DNA of 64,000 nucleotides from an uncultured Rhodobacterales bacterium (lineage in GTDB: Bacteria > Pseudomonadota > Alphaproteobacteria > Rhodobacterales > Rhodobacteraceae). The translations under genes were made by a program, and so were the position numbers. Shown one piece after another: positions 48,583-58,166 of this stretch (position 1 is the first letter of the stretch; every line of letters begins with the position of its first letter). Where the stretch lies: assembly GCA_964542095.1 (NCBI GenBank), contig CAZITF010000001.1, positions 21,046 through 85,045 on the forward strand, read 5' to 3'. The notes beneath the pieces are model-generated. The model saw nothing but the letters and a program-made list of their open reading frames with translations, ran no database searches and was not told where the DNA came from.

Positions 48583-49101
48583 TCAGGCGGAGGTGCCGCG
48601 CGGCGGATAGCCGTTGCCGATGGCCGCGACCTTGGACAGCAAGATGTCCAGGTCGGGCCGGGCAAAGGGCATGGTAGCAATATCGATCAGATATTGCGTG
48701 CCATCCGGCAGAATCCAGAACGTTCCGGGCTCGCAAAATGTTTGCGGCTCCGCCTCCTTGATCGAGGTCGAGATATAGAGCCCCCAGGCGCGCGCCTGCG
48801 CTTCGCTCAGCCCATAGGCGACGGGCAGATCGGCCAGCCCCCAGTCGGCCTTCGCCTTCTCGGCGCGGTCCTGCCCATCCATCGAGACAAGCACGATCGG
48901 CATCCCGGCCTCGGCAAAGGCTGCGGCCTTTGTCTTGACCTTGGTCAGGTAGGTTTCGCAGACCGGGCAATGCAGGCCGCGGTAAAAGATGACCATCGTG
49001 GCCGCAGTCGGTGACTGCGCGGCCAGATCATAGGTTCCACCCCCGGCGAGGGGCAGGGACAGGGCAGGGGCGGGTGTGCCCGGAATTGGTTTGGTGCTCA
49101 C
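48583..49101 (-). CDS. Peroxiredoxin-like (AhpC/TSA, redoxin) protein
   Basis: FYRGLHCPVC, EPGTF, MPFARP; GTG start. Confidence 0.88.
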   Translation of the reverse strand: MSTKPIPGTPAPALSLPLAGGGTYDLAAQSPTAATMVIFYRGLHCPVCETYLTKVKTKAAAFAEAGMPIVLVSMDGQDRAEKAKADWGLADLPVAYGLSEAQARAWGLYISTSIKEAEPQTFCEPGTFWILPDGTQYLIDIATMPFARPDLDILLSKVAAIGNGYPPRGTSA

Positions 49102-49186
49102 ATGCGTTCCTTTTCTCAGCGGTGTCGAAGGATCAGCGGTTTTGACCGGATTTTCAGCCCTCAACGAACCTGCGGCTTGTGTTAAA

Positions 49187-49200
49187 TTATAGATCGATAA
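49187..49200. promoter_or_regulatory. TTATM-N4-GMTAA operator, copy 3
   Basis: TTATA-GATC-GATAA between the redoxin gene and the Mo-hydroxylase operon. Confidence 0.7.
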
Positions 49201-49253
49201 ATAGTGTCATAATCCAATGCGCATCAAGCGCAAGGCCTCGGGGGGACTTTCAG

Positions 49254-50078
49254 GTGAAGGCACCGGATTTCGACTATCACAAGCCGGGCACGCGGGCGGA
49301 TGCGCTGGCGCTGATGGCCGGGGCGGAGACGTCTGCGCTGGCAGGCGGGCAAAGCCTGATGCCGATGATGAATTTCCGCCTCTCCGCGCCCGAAGCGTTG
49401 GTGGACCTGAACGCGATCGACGATCTGGCGGGGATTGCGCGTGCGGGGGACACGCTCGTGATCGGGGCCATGACACGCTATGCCGCCCTTGAGGCCTCTG
49501 ACCTCGTGGCCCAAAACGCGCCGCTGATCGCCAAGGCGCTGCCCCATATCGCCCATCCGGCCATTCGCAACCGCGGGACCATCGGCGGCAGTTGCGCGCT
49601 GGCCGATCCGGCGGCCGAGATGCCCGCGCTTTTGCTGGCGCTCGGGGCGCAGATCGAGGTGCAAAGCGCGACCGCGACGCGGCGGGTGGCTGCGGATGAC
49701 TTCTTTCTCGGGCTTTACGAGACGGCCCGCGCCGAAAACGAACTGGTCGTTGCCATCCATGTGCCGGTGGCCGATGTCGGGCAGCATTTCGGGTTTTACG
49801 AGATCGCCCGTCGGCACGGGGACTACGCCATGGCGGGTTGCGCCTGTGTTGCCGCCAGCGATCTGTCATGGGTCCGCCTCGCCTTTTTCGGCGTTTGTGA
49901 CCGCGCGGTGCGGGTGCCTGCCGCGGAAAGGGCATTGGCGGGTGATGCCGATATGGACCGGGCGATCGCGGCACTCGACCAGATCGACTGTGCCGCAGAC
50001 GCGCATGCGGACGCGACCACAAAACGGCATTTGGCCGGTGTCGCGCTGCGCCGCGCCTGGGCGGATCGCACGACATGA
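49254..50078 (+). CDS. Mo-hydroxylase FAD-binding (CoxM-like) subunit
   Basis: LAGGQSLMPMMNFRL, IAHPAIRNRGTIGGS, ARRHGDYA. Confidence 0.93.
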   Translation: MKAPDFDYHKPGTRADALALMAGAETSALAGGQSLMPMMNFRLSAPEALVDLNAIDDLAGIARAGDTLVIGAMTRYAALEASDLVAQNAPLIAKALPHIAHPAIRNRGTIGGSCALADPAAEMPALLLALGAQIEVQSATATRRVAADDFFLGLYETARAENELVVAIHVPVADVGQHFGFYEIARRHGDYAMAGCACVAASDLSWVRLAFFGVCDRAVRVPAAERALAGDADMDRAIAALDQIDCAADAHADATTKRHLAGVALRRAWADRTT

Positions 50079-50554
50079 GCAAAGCACGTTCCATCTCGTT
50101 GACCGTGAACGGAGAACCCGTGACAGCCACGGTTCCGGTGCGCAAGCATCTGGTCGATTTCCTGCGCGAGGATATCGGCCTGACCGGCAGCCATGTCGGC
50201 TGTGAACATGGCGTCTGTGGAGCCTGCACGCTGGAGGTCGACGGACAACTGGTCCGGGGTTGCCTGATGCTGGCGGTGCAGGCTGACGGAGCGGAGGTGA
50301 CGACCGTTGAGGGGCTGGCCGACAGCGGGCGCTCCGACGCATTGCGGGCGGCCTTTGCGCGGCGCAATGCGCTGCAATGCGGATTTTGCACGCCCGGCAT
50401 GCTGGCCAGTGCACTGGAATATATCGAAGGCGGAGGCGCGGCGGACCGCACCGCGATCCGGGCGCACCTGTCCGGAAACTACTGCCGCTGCACCGGCTAT
50501 CAGTCCATCGTGGACGCCATCAGCGACGTCATCAACGAAGGGGCACACACATGA
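50075..50554 (+). CDS. Mo-hydroxylase 2x[2Fe-2S] (CoxS-like) subunit
   Basis: GCEHGVCGAC, QCGFCTPG, NYCRCTGY. Confidence 0.95.
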   Translation: MSKARSISLTVNGEPVTATVPVRKHLVDFLREDIGLTGSHVGCEHGVCGACTLEVDGQLVRGCLMLAVQADGAEVTTVEGLADSGRSDALRAAFARRNALQCGFCTPGMLASALEYIEGGGAADRTAIRAHLSGNYCRCTGYQSIVDAISDVINEGAHT

Positions 50555-52926
50555 CCGGGCCAGTGACCCCTTTTGACAGGCCCAATTCCTATATAGGCAA
50601 GTCGGTCCCGCGCCCCGACGCGCGGCGTCTGTCCGAGGGGCGGGGCCGCTTTGTCGATGACATGCGATTGCCGCGCATGGTCCATGCCGCCTTTCTGCGC
50701 GCACCTCATGCCCATGCGGACATCACGGCATTGGATGTCTCTGAGGCCCGTGCCGCACCGGGTGTCGTTGCGGTCTATACCGGTGCAGACATGGCGCGGC
50801 ACGTGTCACCCTATGTGGGCGTTTTGACTCACCTTGCCGGCCTGCGTTCGCCGCCGCAGCACCCGCTGGCGGTGGACCGGGTGCGCTGGCAGGGCGAGCC
50901 GGTGGCCATGGTGATCGCAACCTCGCGCGCATTGGCCGAAGATGCGGTGGAGCGGATCGAGGTAGACTATGACGAACTGCCCGCCCTGACCGACCCCGAG
51001 GCCGCCCTGGCCCCGAATGCCCTGCGGATTCACCCCGAGTATGACAGCAACCTGGCCTGGGAACGCAGCGTCGATGTCGGAAATGTGGATGCTGCCTTTG
51101 CACAGCCTGGGCTGACCGTCGTGGAGCGTGAATTCCGCTTTGGCCGCCACACCGGCGTGACGCTGGAGACCCGCACGGCGCTGGCGGCCTTTGACCCGTC
51201 CGAGGATCGCCTGACCTTTCACTACTCCGGACAAGCGCCGCACATGATGCAGGTCATTCTTGCCAAGCATCTTGGCCTGCGCGAGGACGACGTGCGGGTC
51301 GTGGCCGAAGATGTCGGCGGATCGTTCGGGATCAAGATCCACACCTATGGAGACGAGATCGCAACCGCTGCCGCGTCCAGGTTGCTCAAGCGACCGGTAA
51401 AGTTCATGGCGGACCGCCATGAAAGCTTTCTGTCGGACATTCACGCCCGCGATCATATCGTGCGTGCCCGCATGGGCGTCACCGCGCAGGGCAAGATCGC
51501 GGCGCTGGAAATTGACGATATCACCGGGATCGGCCCCTATTCGATGTATCCACGGACCTCGGCCATCGAGGCAAACCAGGTTCTGAACCTGACGGGCGCG
51601 CCTTACGAGATCGAGAACTATCGCGCCCGCGCCCGCGTGGTGTTCCAGAACAAGAACATGATGTGCCAGTACCGCGCCGTGGGGCATCCCATCGCGATGG
51701 CCGTTTGCGACGGTTTGCTCGAGGATGCGGCGGCGGCCATTGGCATGGACCCGGTCGACATCCGTCGCCGCAACCTGATGGGCGATGACAGTTATCCGCG
51801 CAACTCCGCCTCGGGCATGAAGCTGGACGACCTGTCGCATCACAAGGCCATCGTGAAACTGACCGGGATGATGCAATACGAAGCACTGCGCGCCGATCAG
51901 GCCGCTGCGCGTGCCAGGGGCGTCCATCGCGGGATCGGGTTCTGCTCGATGGTCGAGGTCACCAATCCGTCGCCGATGTTCTACGGTATCGGAGGTGCGC
52001 CCATCGCGAGCCAGGATGGCGCCACCATCCGGCTGGATGCGGCGGGAGGTATCCACATTGCCTCTTCGGTGACGGAACAGGGGCAGGGAACAAATACCAT
52101 TCTGGCCCAGATCGCGGCGGGCATCTTTGGCGTCGATATGGACCGTGTGCGGGTCAAGACGGGAGACACCGAAGTGACACCCTATGGCGGCGGCACCTGG
52201 GCGTCGCGCGGTGCGGGGATCGGCGGCGAGGCGATGTTGCAGGCTGCCTTGGCGCTGAAAGCGCAGGTGCTGGACGTGGCGGGGGCCATTTTGCAGGCCG
52301 CGCCCGACTTGCTCGATATTCAGCGCGGCGCGATCACCGATCTGGATGGTACAGAGCGTCTGCCGCTCAGTGATCTTGCGCGCATGGTCTATTATCGCGG
52401 CAACGAGTTGCCCCCCGATCTGAAACCCGAATTGATCGCGACACGCCATTACCGCGTGACCGATGTGCCTTTCGTGTTCACCAATGGCGCGATGGCGGCC
52501 CATGTGGAGGTTGATATCGAAACAGGCCTCGTCCGGGTCCTCGATTTCTGGGCGGTCGAGGATTGCGGGCGGGTTCTGAACCCGTTGCTGGTGGATGAGC
52601 AGATTCGCGGCGGCGTCGTGCAGGGGATTGGCGGGGCGCTGTACGAAGAATGCCTTTATTCGGACGAGGGCCAGATGCTGAACGCCTCGATGGCGGATTA
52701 CCTGGTGCCGATGGCGGGCGAGATGCCCGATATCCACGTCGCCCATATCGAGACGCCGACGAAAACCAGCGTGCTGGGCGCCAAGGGCGCGGGCGAGGCG
52801 GGGACCGGCGGAGCGCCCGCCGCGGTGATGAATGCGCTCAACGATGCGCTGCGCCCGTTTGGGGCGTCCCTGTGGCAGATGCCGATGACGCCTCAGCGGA
52901 TATTGAAGGCCTTGGGCACCGTGTGA
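50551..52926 (+). CDS. Mo-hydroxylase molybdopterin (CoxL-like) subunit; not a form I CO dehydrogenase
   Basis: GRGRFVDD, VGGSFGIK, active-site loop QYRAVG, QGQG, QIRGGVVQGIG, KGAGE. Confidence 0.93.
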   Translation: MTGPVTPFDRPNSYIGKSVPRPDARRLSEGRGRFVDDMRLPRMVHAAFLRAPHAHADITALDVSEARAAPGVVAVYTGADMARHVSPYVGVLTHLAGLRSPPQHPLAVDRVRWQGEPVAMVIATSRALAEDAVERIEVDYDELPALTDPEAALAPNALRIHPEYDSNLAWERSVDVGNVDAAFAQPGLTVVEREFRFGRHTGVTLETRTALAAFDPSEDRLTFHYSGQAPHMMQVILAKHLGLREDDVRVVAEDVGGSFGIKIHTYGDEIATAAASRLLKRPVKFMADRHESFLSDIHARDHIVRARMGVTAQGKIAALEIDDITGIGPYSMYPRTSAIEANQVLNLTGAPYEIENYRARARVVFQNKNMMCQYRAVGHPIAMAVCDGLLEDAAAAIGMDPVDIRRRNLMGDDSYPRNSASGMKLDDLSHHKAIVKLTGMMQYEALRADQAAARARGVHRGIGFCSMVEVTNPSPMFYGIGGAPIASQDGATIRLDAAGGIHIASSVTEQGQGTNTILAQIAAGIFGVDMDRVRVKTGDTEVTPYGGGTWASRGAGIGGEAMLQAALALKAQVLDVAGAILQAAPDLLDIQRGAITDLDGTERLPLSDLARMVYYRGNELPPDLKPELIATRHYRVTDVPFVFTNGAMAAHVEVDIETGLVRVLDFWAVEDCGRVLNPLLVDEQIRGGVVQGIGGALYEECLYSDEGQMLNASMADYLVPMAGEMPDIHVAHIETPTKTSVLGAKGAGEAGTGGAPAAVMNALNDALRPFGASLWQMPMTPQRILKALGTV

Positions 52927-52930
52927 GATG

Positions 52931-53860
52931 TCAGGGCAGTACCGACAGCCAGAACCAGACAGATACGATGGAGACGGCTGTGGCGATCAGCACCGAAGAG
53001 GCGGCGACACGGCGTGCCGCCCCGTACATATTGGCAAACACATAGGCGTTGACCCCCGGCGCCATGGAGGCGGTCAGTACCGCAGAGCGCAGCTCTGCCC
53101 GGTCCAGATCGAACCAGAGCGCGGAGGCGAACACGATGGCCGGGTGCAGCAACAGCGAAATGGAGCAGACCATGAGGATGGCCTGCATGTCACCTTCGGG
53201 GCGATAGCGGAACAGGATGCCGCCCAGACTGAACAGGGCTGTGGGCAAGGCGGCGGTGGCCATCAGATCGATGCCGCTGCTCAGCGGGCCCGGCAGGGGC
53301 AGGGCGGTGACGTTGGCAACCAGACCAAGAAAAATCGCGATCACGAAAGGGTTGTGGAACATCGCGTCAAGCACGCGCTTTGCCCCATCGACAACCCCGG
53401 TGGACTGATTGCGCGCAATTTCCATCGCGCTGACACCCAGCATGTAACTGAGCGGCGCGTGAAACGCGATGATGGCAAAGTTGGCCGACAGCGCGTCTGC
53501 GCCGTAGGCGCGTTCCGTGATTGGAAGGCCCAGCAAGACCGTGTTGGAAAACAGACAGCAGAACCCGATCGCAACCGCATCCACCGGGCTGCGTTTGAAA
53601 AAGGCGCGCGCGCCCGCGTAGCCTGCAAAAAAGCTGATAAATGCCCCGAGATAATAGCTGAAAATCAGCGGCGCGCTGACGCTGGCGCTCAGATCGATTT
53701 GCGAGATCGCGCGAAACAGCAGACAGGGGATCGCAAAGTTCTGGGTAAATCTGACCAGGGCATCAATGGCGGCGTCAGTGATCATCCCCTTCCAGGTCAC
53801 AGCGTATCCAAAGCCAATGACCACGAATACCGGAAGGATGATGTCGAGAAGTGCCTGCAT
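52931..53860 (-). CDS. AEC (auxin efflux carrier) family transporter
   Basis: IILPVFVVIGFGY, SNTVLLGLP, NPFVIA, SMAPGVN. Confidence 0.9.
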   Translation of the reverse strand: MQALLDIILPVFVVIGFGYAVTWKGMITDAAIDALVRFTQNFAIPCLLFRAISQIDLSASVSAPLIFSYYLGAFISFFAGYAGARAFFKRSPVDAVAIGFCCLFSNTVLLGLPITERAYGADALSANFAIIAFHAPLSYMLGVSAMEIARNQSTGVVDGAKRVLDAMFHNPFVIAIFLGLVANVTALPLPGPLSSGIDLMATAALPTALFSLGGILFRYRPEGDMQAILMVCSISLLLHPAIVFASALWFDLDRAELRSAVLTASMAPGVNAYVFANMYGAARRVAASSVLIATAVSIVSVWFWLSVLP

Positions 53861-53946
53861 TTACGCCCGGCTTGTCACATTGTGGAGGAGGAATGCCAAG
53901 GGACAAATCCGAAGAAGCGGCCCATCGCCTCGGTCGATGGCGCGGT

Positions 53947-54825
53947 TCACCGATTTTCCGACATTTGGGCAGTGTACCAGTCGCCGATCTGGCTGGCCGT
54001 CATCCAGGCCACGCCATCGTGATCGCCGACATGATCCAGCAGTTCTTCGAGATAGCGGATACGGTGCGGCGCGCCGGTGATATAGGGGTGGATCGAGATG
54101 GCCATGACGCGGGCATTGTCGGCTCCTTCCGCGTACAGACGATCGAACTGGTCACGGCCCCGCTTGAGGAACACATCGGATTCGTGGCCCTGCAGGGCAT
54201 GGACAGCGATGTCGTTTGTCTCGACGGTGTAGGGAATGGTGGTGATGTCGCCGTACGGCGTGGCGATGGCCTGGGGCAGATCGTCGATCACCCAGTCAGC
54301 GACATATTCGACGCCATGCTTGCGCAACAGGTCCAGCGTCTCTTCGGTCTGGGTCAGTCCGGGGCTTTCCCATGCCCGTGGACGCGTTCCGCAAAACGCC
54401 TCGATCGCATCGAGCGCCTGCACGATCGCGCCTTCCTGATCGTCGAGCTTGTGCATTGGTCCTTGCAGAAACCCGTGGCCCATGAACTCCCAGCCTGCGT
54501 CCAATCCGGCCTGTGCGACGCGGGGATAGCTGGAGCAGATGTTGCCGTTGATGGCAAATGTCGTGGGGATGTCGCGGTCGGTCAGTGCCTTCCATTGTCG
54601 CCAGAAGCCCGAGCGCATGCCATATTCATGCCAGGACCAGTTGGGCACATCCGGCAAGAGCGGCTGACCCATCGGCGGCGGCAGGACAGTGCGGGGCATT
54701 GCCTTTTCGATCCGCCATTCCTCGGCATTCAGAATGACCCAGACGGCCAGCCGTTTGCCACCGGGCAGGACCAGTCGCGGGCGATCTACGATGGCCTGGT
54801 AGGGGATGCGATCCGAAAGTGCCAT
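53947..54825 (-). CDS. Polysaccharide deacetylase family hydrolase (PuuE allantoinase-like)
   Basis: LPGGKRLAVWVILNAEEW, NWSWHEYGMRSGFWR, EFMGHG, SIHPYITGAPHR. Confidence 0.88.
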   Translation of the reverse strand: MALSDRIPYQAIVDRPRLVLPGGKRLAVWVILNAEEWRIEKAMPRTVLPPPMGQPLLPDVPNWSWHEYGMRSGFWRQWKALTDRDIPTTFAINGNICSSYPRVAQAGLDAGWEFMGHGFLQGPMHKLDDQEGAIVQALDAIEAFCGTRPRAWESPGLTQTEETLDLLRKHGVEYVADWVIDDLPQAIATPYGDITTIPYTVETNDIAVHALQGHESDVFLKRGRDQFDRLYAEGADNARVMAISIHPYITGAPHRIRYLEELLDHVGDHDGVAWMTASQIGDWYTAQMSENR

Positions 54826-54875
54826 GCTGGCCCCGTCTGAGAAAGGGCGGCATCCAATGGTGCCGCCCTGCGGTG

Positions 54876-55937
54876 TCAATCGATGACGTAGTCGACGGGC
54901 ATCTGATAGCCGGTGTCCGCCACGGCCTTGAGATAGGCCTTGAGCACTTCGGTGCCGGGCATGCCGCGCCCATCCGCATCCTTGGCCTGCTGAGCGGGGA
55001 AGGGTTTGAGGCTTTCCGCCCAACCGGCGCGGGCCTCTGGAGACAGTTCCTTGATCTGTGCACCCACTTCCTTCAGCCCTTTCAGACCGGCGGATTGACG
55101 CCCGTTGAGCGACGCCCCGGCCTGATCCTCATAGGCGCGGCCGACGTCGAGCAGGATCTGTTGCAGATCCTCGGGCAGGCTGTCGAACTTGCGCTTGTTC
55201 ATGGTCAGTGCGTTCACGCCCATGGCCCCGAATCCGATCAGCGTATAATACGGCGCCGGTTCGTAGAATTTGAAGCCCAGATAGGCCGATGGAAACATCA
55301 GCCATCCATTGTAGACGCCGGTTTGCAGGGACAGGTATCCGTCAGGCAGGGTCGACTGCACCGGCACGGCGCCCGCGAACTCCAGCCATGGCAGGTTCGG
55401 CCCCGCGCCACCGATCTTGACGTTCTTGAGGTCGTCGACCGTGTCCCAGGGGTCGGTGGTGCCAAGGTGGTAGTTGTCCCAGCCGTGCAGGCCCAGCAGA
55501 ACCTGTGCGTATTCGGCCGAGAACTGCTCTTCCAGCCAGGGCACGGCGTCATATGTGGCGCGCACCGCGTCCATCGCCTGATCCGAATCCTGCGGGCCGA
55601 ATGGGGTGTAATAGGGGAAGTTGTGCAGGAACAGCTTGGCCGGCTCAAAGCAGATGCAATAGGCACCGATATCGAGGATGCCGTTCTGCACCGCCTCCAG
55701 CGTTTCTGCGACCCCGGCGATGGCGCCGCCATAGCCTTCGACGAAATCGACCGTGTAACCGGATTCGGCGGCGCGCCTCTTGACCTCGGGCACGAAAAAG
55801 TTCGCTACATCAGCCACATAGACTGCCGGACCGTTCGGATGACCCGCCCCGATCCGAAATGTGAAATTTTGTGCGAATGCCGAGGTGGCACTCAGTGCGG
55901 CCACGGCTGAAACCATGGCGATTGTCTTGTAGTACAC
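54876..55937 (-). CDS. TRAP transporter substrate-binding protein (DctP family)
   Basis: Signal peptide, EAVQNGILDIG, DDLKNVKI, YLSLQTGVYNG, FDSLPEDLQ; GTG start after GGAGG. Confidence 0.88.
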   Translation of the reverse strand: MYYKTIAMVSAVAALSATSAFAQNFTFRIGAGHPNGPAVYVADVANFFVPEVKRRAAESGYTVDFVEGYGGAIAGVAETLEAVQNGILDIGAYCICFEPAKLFLHNFPYYTPFGPQDSDQAMDAVRATYDAVPWLEEQFSAEYAQVLLGLHGWDNYHLGTTDPWDTVDDLKNVKIGGAGPNLPWLEFAGAVPVQSTLPDGYLSLQTGVYNGWLMFPSAYLGFKFYEPAPYYTLIGFGAMGVNALTMNKRKFDSLPEDLQQILLDVGRAYEDQAGASLNGRQSAGLKGLKEVGAQIKELSPEARAGWAESLKPFPAQQAKDADGRGMPGTEVLKAYLKAVADTGYQMPVDYVID

Positions 55938-56003
55938 GTGATATCCTCCCATCGATCTGGGCGTGCGGTCGTTGCGCCGTCTGTCGCCCCTGCGGGCGTT
56001 AAT

Positions 56004-56094
56004 TTATCGCCTGCTAAATTCAAACTGCATGAACCGGGGCGCGGCGGTCAAGCTTTCGATGGCCTTGCGGGGCACACTATTTATCGCTTGCTAA
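56004..56094. promoter_or_regulatory. TTATM-N4-GMTAA operators, copies 4 and 5
   Basis: TTATC-GCCT-GCTAA (56004-56017) and TTATC-GCTT-GCTAA (56081-56094) in the divergent TRAP promoter. Confidence 0.7.
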
Positions 56095-56167
56095 CTTTAT
56101 GCTTGACCCCAAAAGTCTCATCGATACCGTTCGGGGGGTTGAACTCGGGGAGGGGGCAATCGACGCT

Positions 56168-56677
56168 GTGATCAGGATTACGCGCGCCATTCATCTGTTT
56201 TCCGCCTTCTGGACGCTGGCGCTTGCCTTCATGATTTTCGGAGATGTCGTCGGACGCAGCGCATTCAACCAGCCGATCCCGGGCACAAAGGAAATCATCC
56301 AGAATTCGGTCGTCGCCATCACTTTCCTGCAGCTTCCGCTGGCGATCTATTCCGGTTCCATGCTGCGCACTTCGATCTTTGCGGATGCGGTGCCGCCGGT
56401 GCTGCGCAAATTGCTGCGGACTTTTGGCGCGCTGCTGGGACTGATCTTTTTCATCGGCCTGATCTGGAGCACCTGGCCGTCGTTCTGGGACGCGTACAGG
56501 ATTGGTGAATACGAGGGCGAAGGCGCGCTGCGTGTCCCAACCTGGCCTGTGCGCGGCACCGTCCTTGTCATGTCGGTGTTCGGCGGCTGGGCCTACATCA
56601 CGATGATCCTTCTGGACTGGCGCGACCAGTTGGAAGACGAGATCAGCGCGCCCGGTACCGCGCTTGAACCAGACTAG
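56168..56677 (+). CDS. TRAP transporter small permease (DctQ family)
   Basis: Four TMs, DVVGRSAFNQPIPGTKEI, PTWPVR; start uncertain. Confidence 0.87.
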   Translation: MIRITRAIHLFSAFWTLALAFMIFGDVVGRSAFNQPIPGTKEIIQNSVVAITFLQLPLAIYSGSMLRTSIFADAVPPVLRKLLRTFGALLGLIFFIGLIWSTWPSFWDAYRIGEYEGEGALRVPTWPVRGTVLVMSVFGGWAYITMILLDWRDQLEDEISAPGTALEPD

Positions 56678-56688
56678 GGAAAGACGCA

Positions 56689-58005
56689 ATGGGTGGAGAT
56701 ATCGTATTGTGGATGCTGGGTCTTTTGATCCTGTTCATCCTCTTGGGCACCCATATCGGCATTGCCCTGGCAATCTGTTCCGCGCTTGGGGTCTGGCTGA
56801 TACTGGGCAGTTTCGAAGCCGCCGTTTCGATCCTGGGCAACACGGCTTACGAGGCGGTCCGCAAGGATGTCTTTGCTGTGATCCCGCTTTTTGTTCTGAT
56901 GGGGGATTTCATATCAAGGTCGGGGGCGGCGTCAGACCTGTACCGCATCTGCGACCGTTGGCTAAAGCACTTGCCGGGTCGCTTGGCCGTTGCGACGATT
57001 GCGGGAAATACGGTCTTTGCCGCCGTGACGGGCGTTTCCATCGCGGCGGCGGCGGCGTTCTCGCGCATCGCGTACCCGGAAATGCGCAAGGTCGGATACA
57101 AGCAGACCTTTGCGCTTGGTGCCGTTGCCGGATCGGCCTGCCTGGGCATGCTGATCCCGCCCTCGGTCCTGCTGATCGTCTGGGCGATCCTGACCGAGAT
57201 GAGCGTGGGCGCGCTGTTCGTGGCGGGCGTGCTGCCTGGCATCATGCTTGCGGCCCTTTTTTCGGGCTATGTCATCATCGCGGCGAAACTGAAGCCCGAG
57301 ATTGCCCCGGCCTTCGAAGAGCCGCTGGTGCCGCTGACCCGTGACGAACTGCGCTCGGAACTGATCGGGGGCATCGGGATACTGCTGCTGATCCTGCTGG
57401 TGATCGGCGGCATCTGGTTGGGGTTTTTCACCCCGACCGAAGCCGCCGGGTTCGGGGCGATCGGGGCGCTGCTGATCGGTCTGGCCAAGGGCATGGGCTG
57501 GCGGGATGTCGTGGCGGCGATTTATCTCGCAGGCAAGACGACCGCCCCGATCATGTTCCTTCTGATCACGGCGCAGATGTATTCGCGGCTTTTGGCCATT
57601 GGCGGGGCGGTCAATTTCATTCAGGGGATGTTCGTCGGGGCGGGGATCGAGCCCTGGATGCTGATCGCGCTGATGATGCTGATCTGGATCGTGCTTGGCA
57701 TGCTGATCGACAGCGTGTCGATCATCCTGCTGACCGTGCCGATTTTCGTGCCTGTCGCGATGTCTTTCGGGGTCGATCCGCTGGCTTTCGCGATCTTTGG
57801 CATTCTGGTTATCGAGGCCGGGCTGCTGACGCCGCCGTTCGGCTTGCTCGTTTATACCGTGCGGGGGTCGGTCACGGATCCGACCGTGACGCTGGGCAAG
57901 ATTTTTGCGGGTTCCACACCCTATTTTGTCCTGATCCTGATCGCAGCCCTGATCGTCCTGGCGGTTCCGGGCCTCGCGAATTGGTTGCCGGACTATATGC
58001 TCTGA
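56689..58005 (+). CDS. TRAP transporter large permease (DctM family)
   Basis: IPLFVLMG, LGMLIPPS, FTPTEAA, GLLTPPFG. Confidence 0.93.
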   Translation: MGGDIVLWMLGLLILFILLGTHIGIALAICSALGVWLILGSFEAAVSILGNTAYEAVRKDVFAVIPLFVLMGDFISRSGAASDLYRICDRWLKHLPGRLAVATIAGNTVFAAVTGVSIAAAAAFSRIAYPEMRKVGYKQTFALGAVAGSACLGMLIPPSVLLIVWAILTEMSVGALFVAGVLPGIMLAALFSGYVIIAAKLKPEIAPAFEEPLVPLTRDELRSELIGGIGILLLILLVIGGIWLGFFTPTEAAGFGAIGALLIGLAKGMGWRDVVAAIYLAGKTTAPIMFLLITAQMYSRLLAIGGAVNFIQGMFVGAGIEPWMLIALMMLIWIVLGMLIDSVSIILLTVPIFVPVAMSFGVDPLAFAIFGILVIEAGLLTPPFGLLVYTVRGSVTDPTVTLGKIFAGSTPYFVLILIAALIVLAVPGLANWLPDYML

Positions 58006-58166
58006 TCCTTTCAGTTGGAGTCCTTGCGGGCGGTTTGCGCGCTGACAGGTGACGCGCCTGGCGCGTTGCGACGGGCATCAGGTTTTTTAATGGAAACCAC
58101 CTTGAATAATGATGTTGGGAACAGGCGGGTCCGGGCTATTTTCCCGTGAAACGAGGAGACGCACAC

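Noticed and set aside
49254-52926. Aerobic CO dehydrogenase (coxMSL)
   Set aside because: Lacks the AYXCSFR motif and coxDEFG accessory genes
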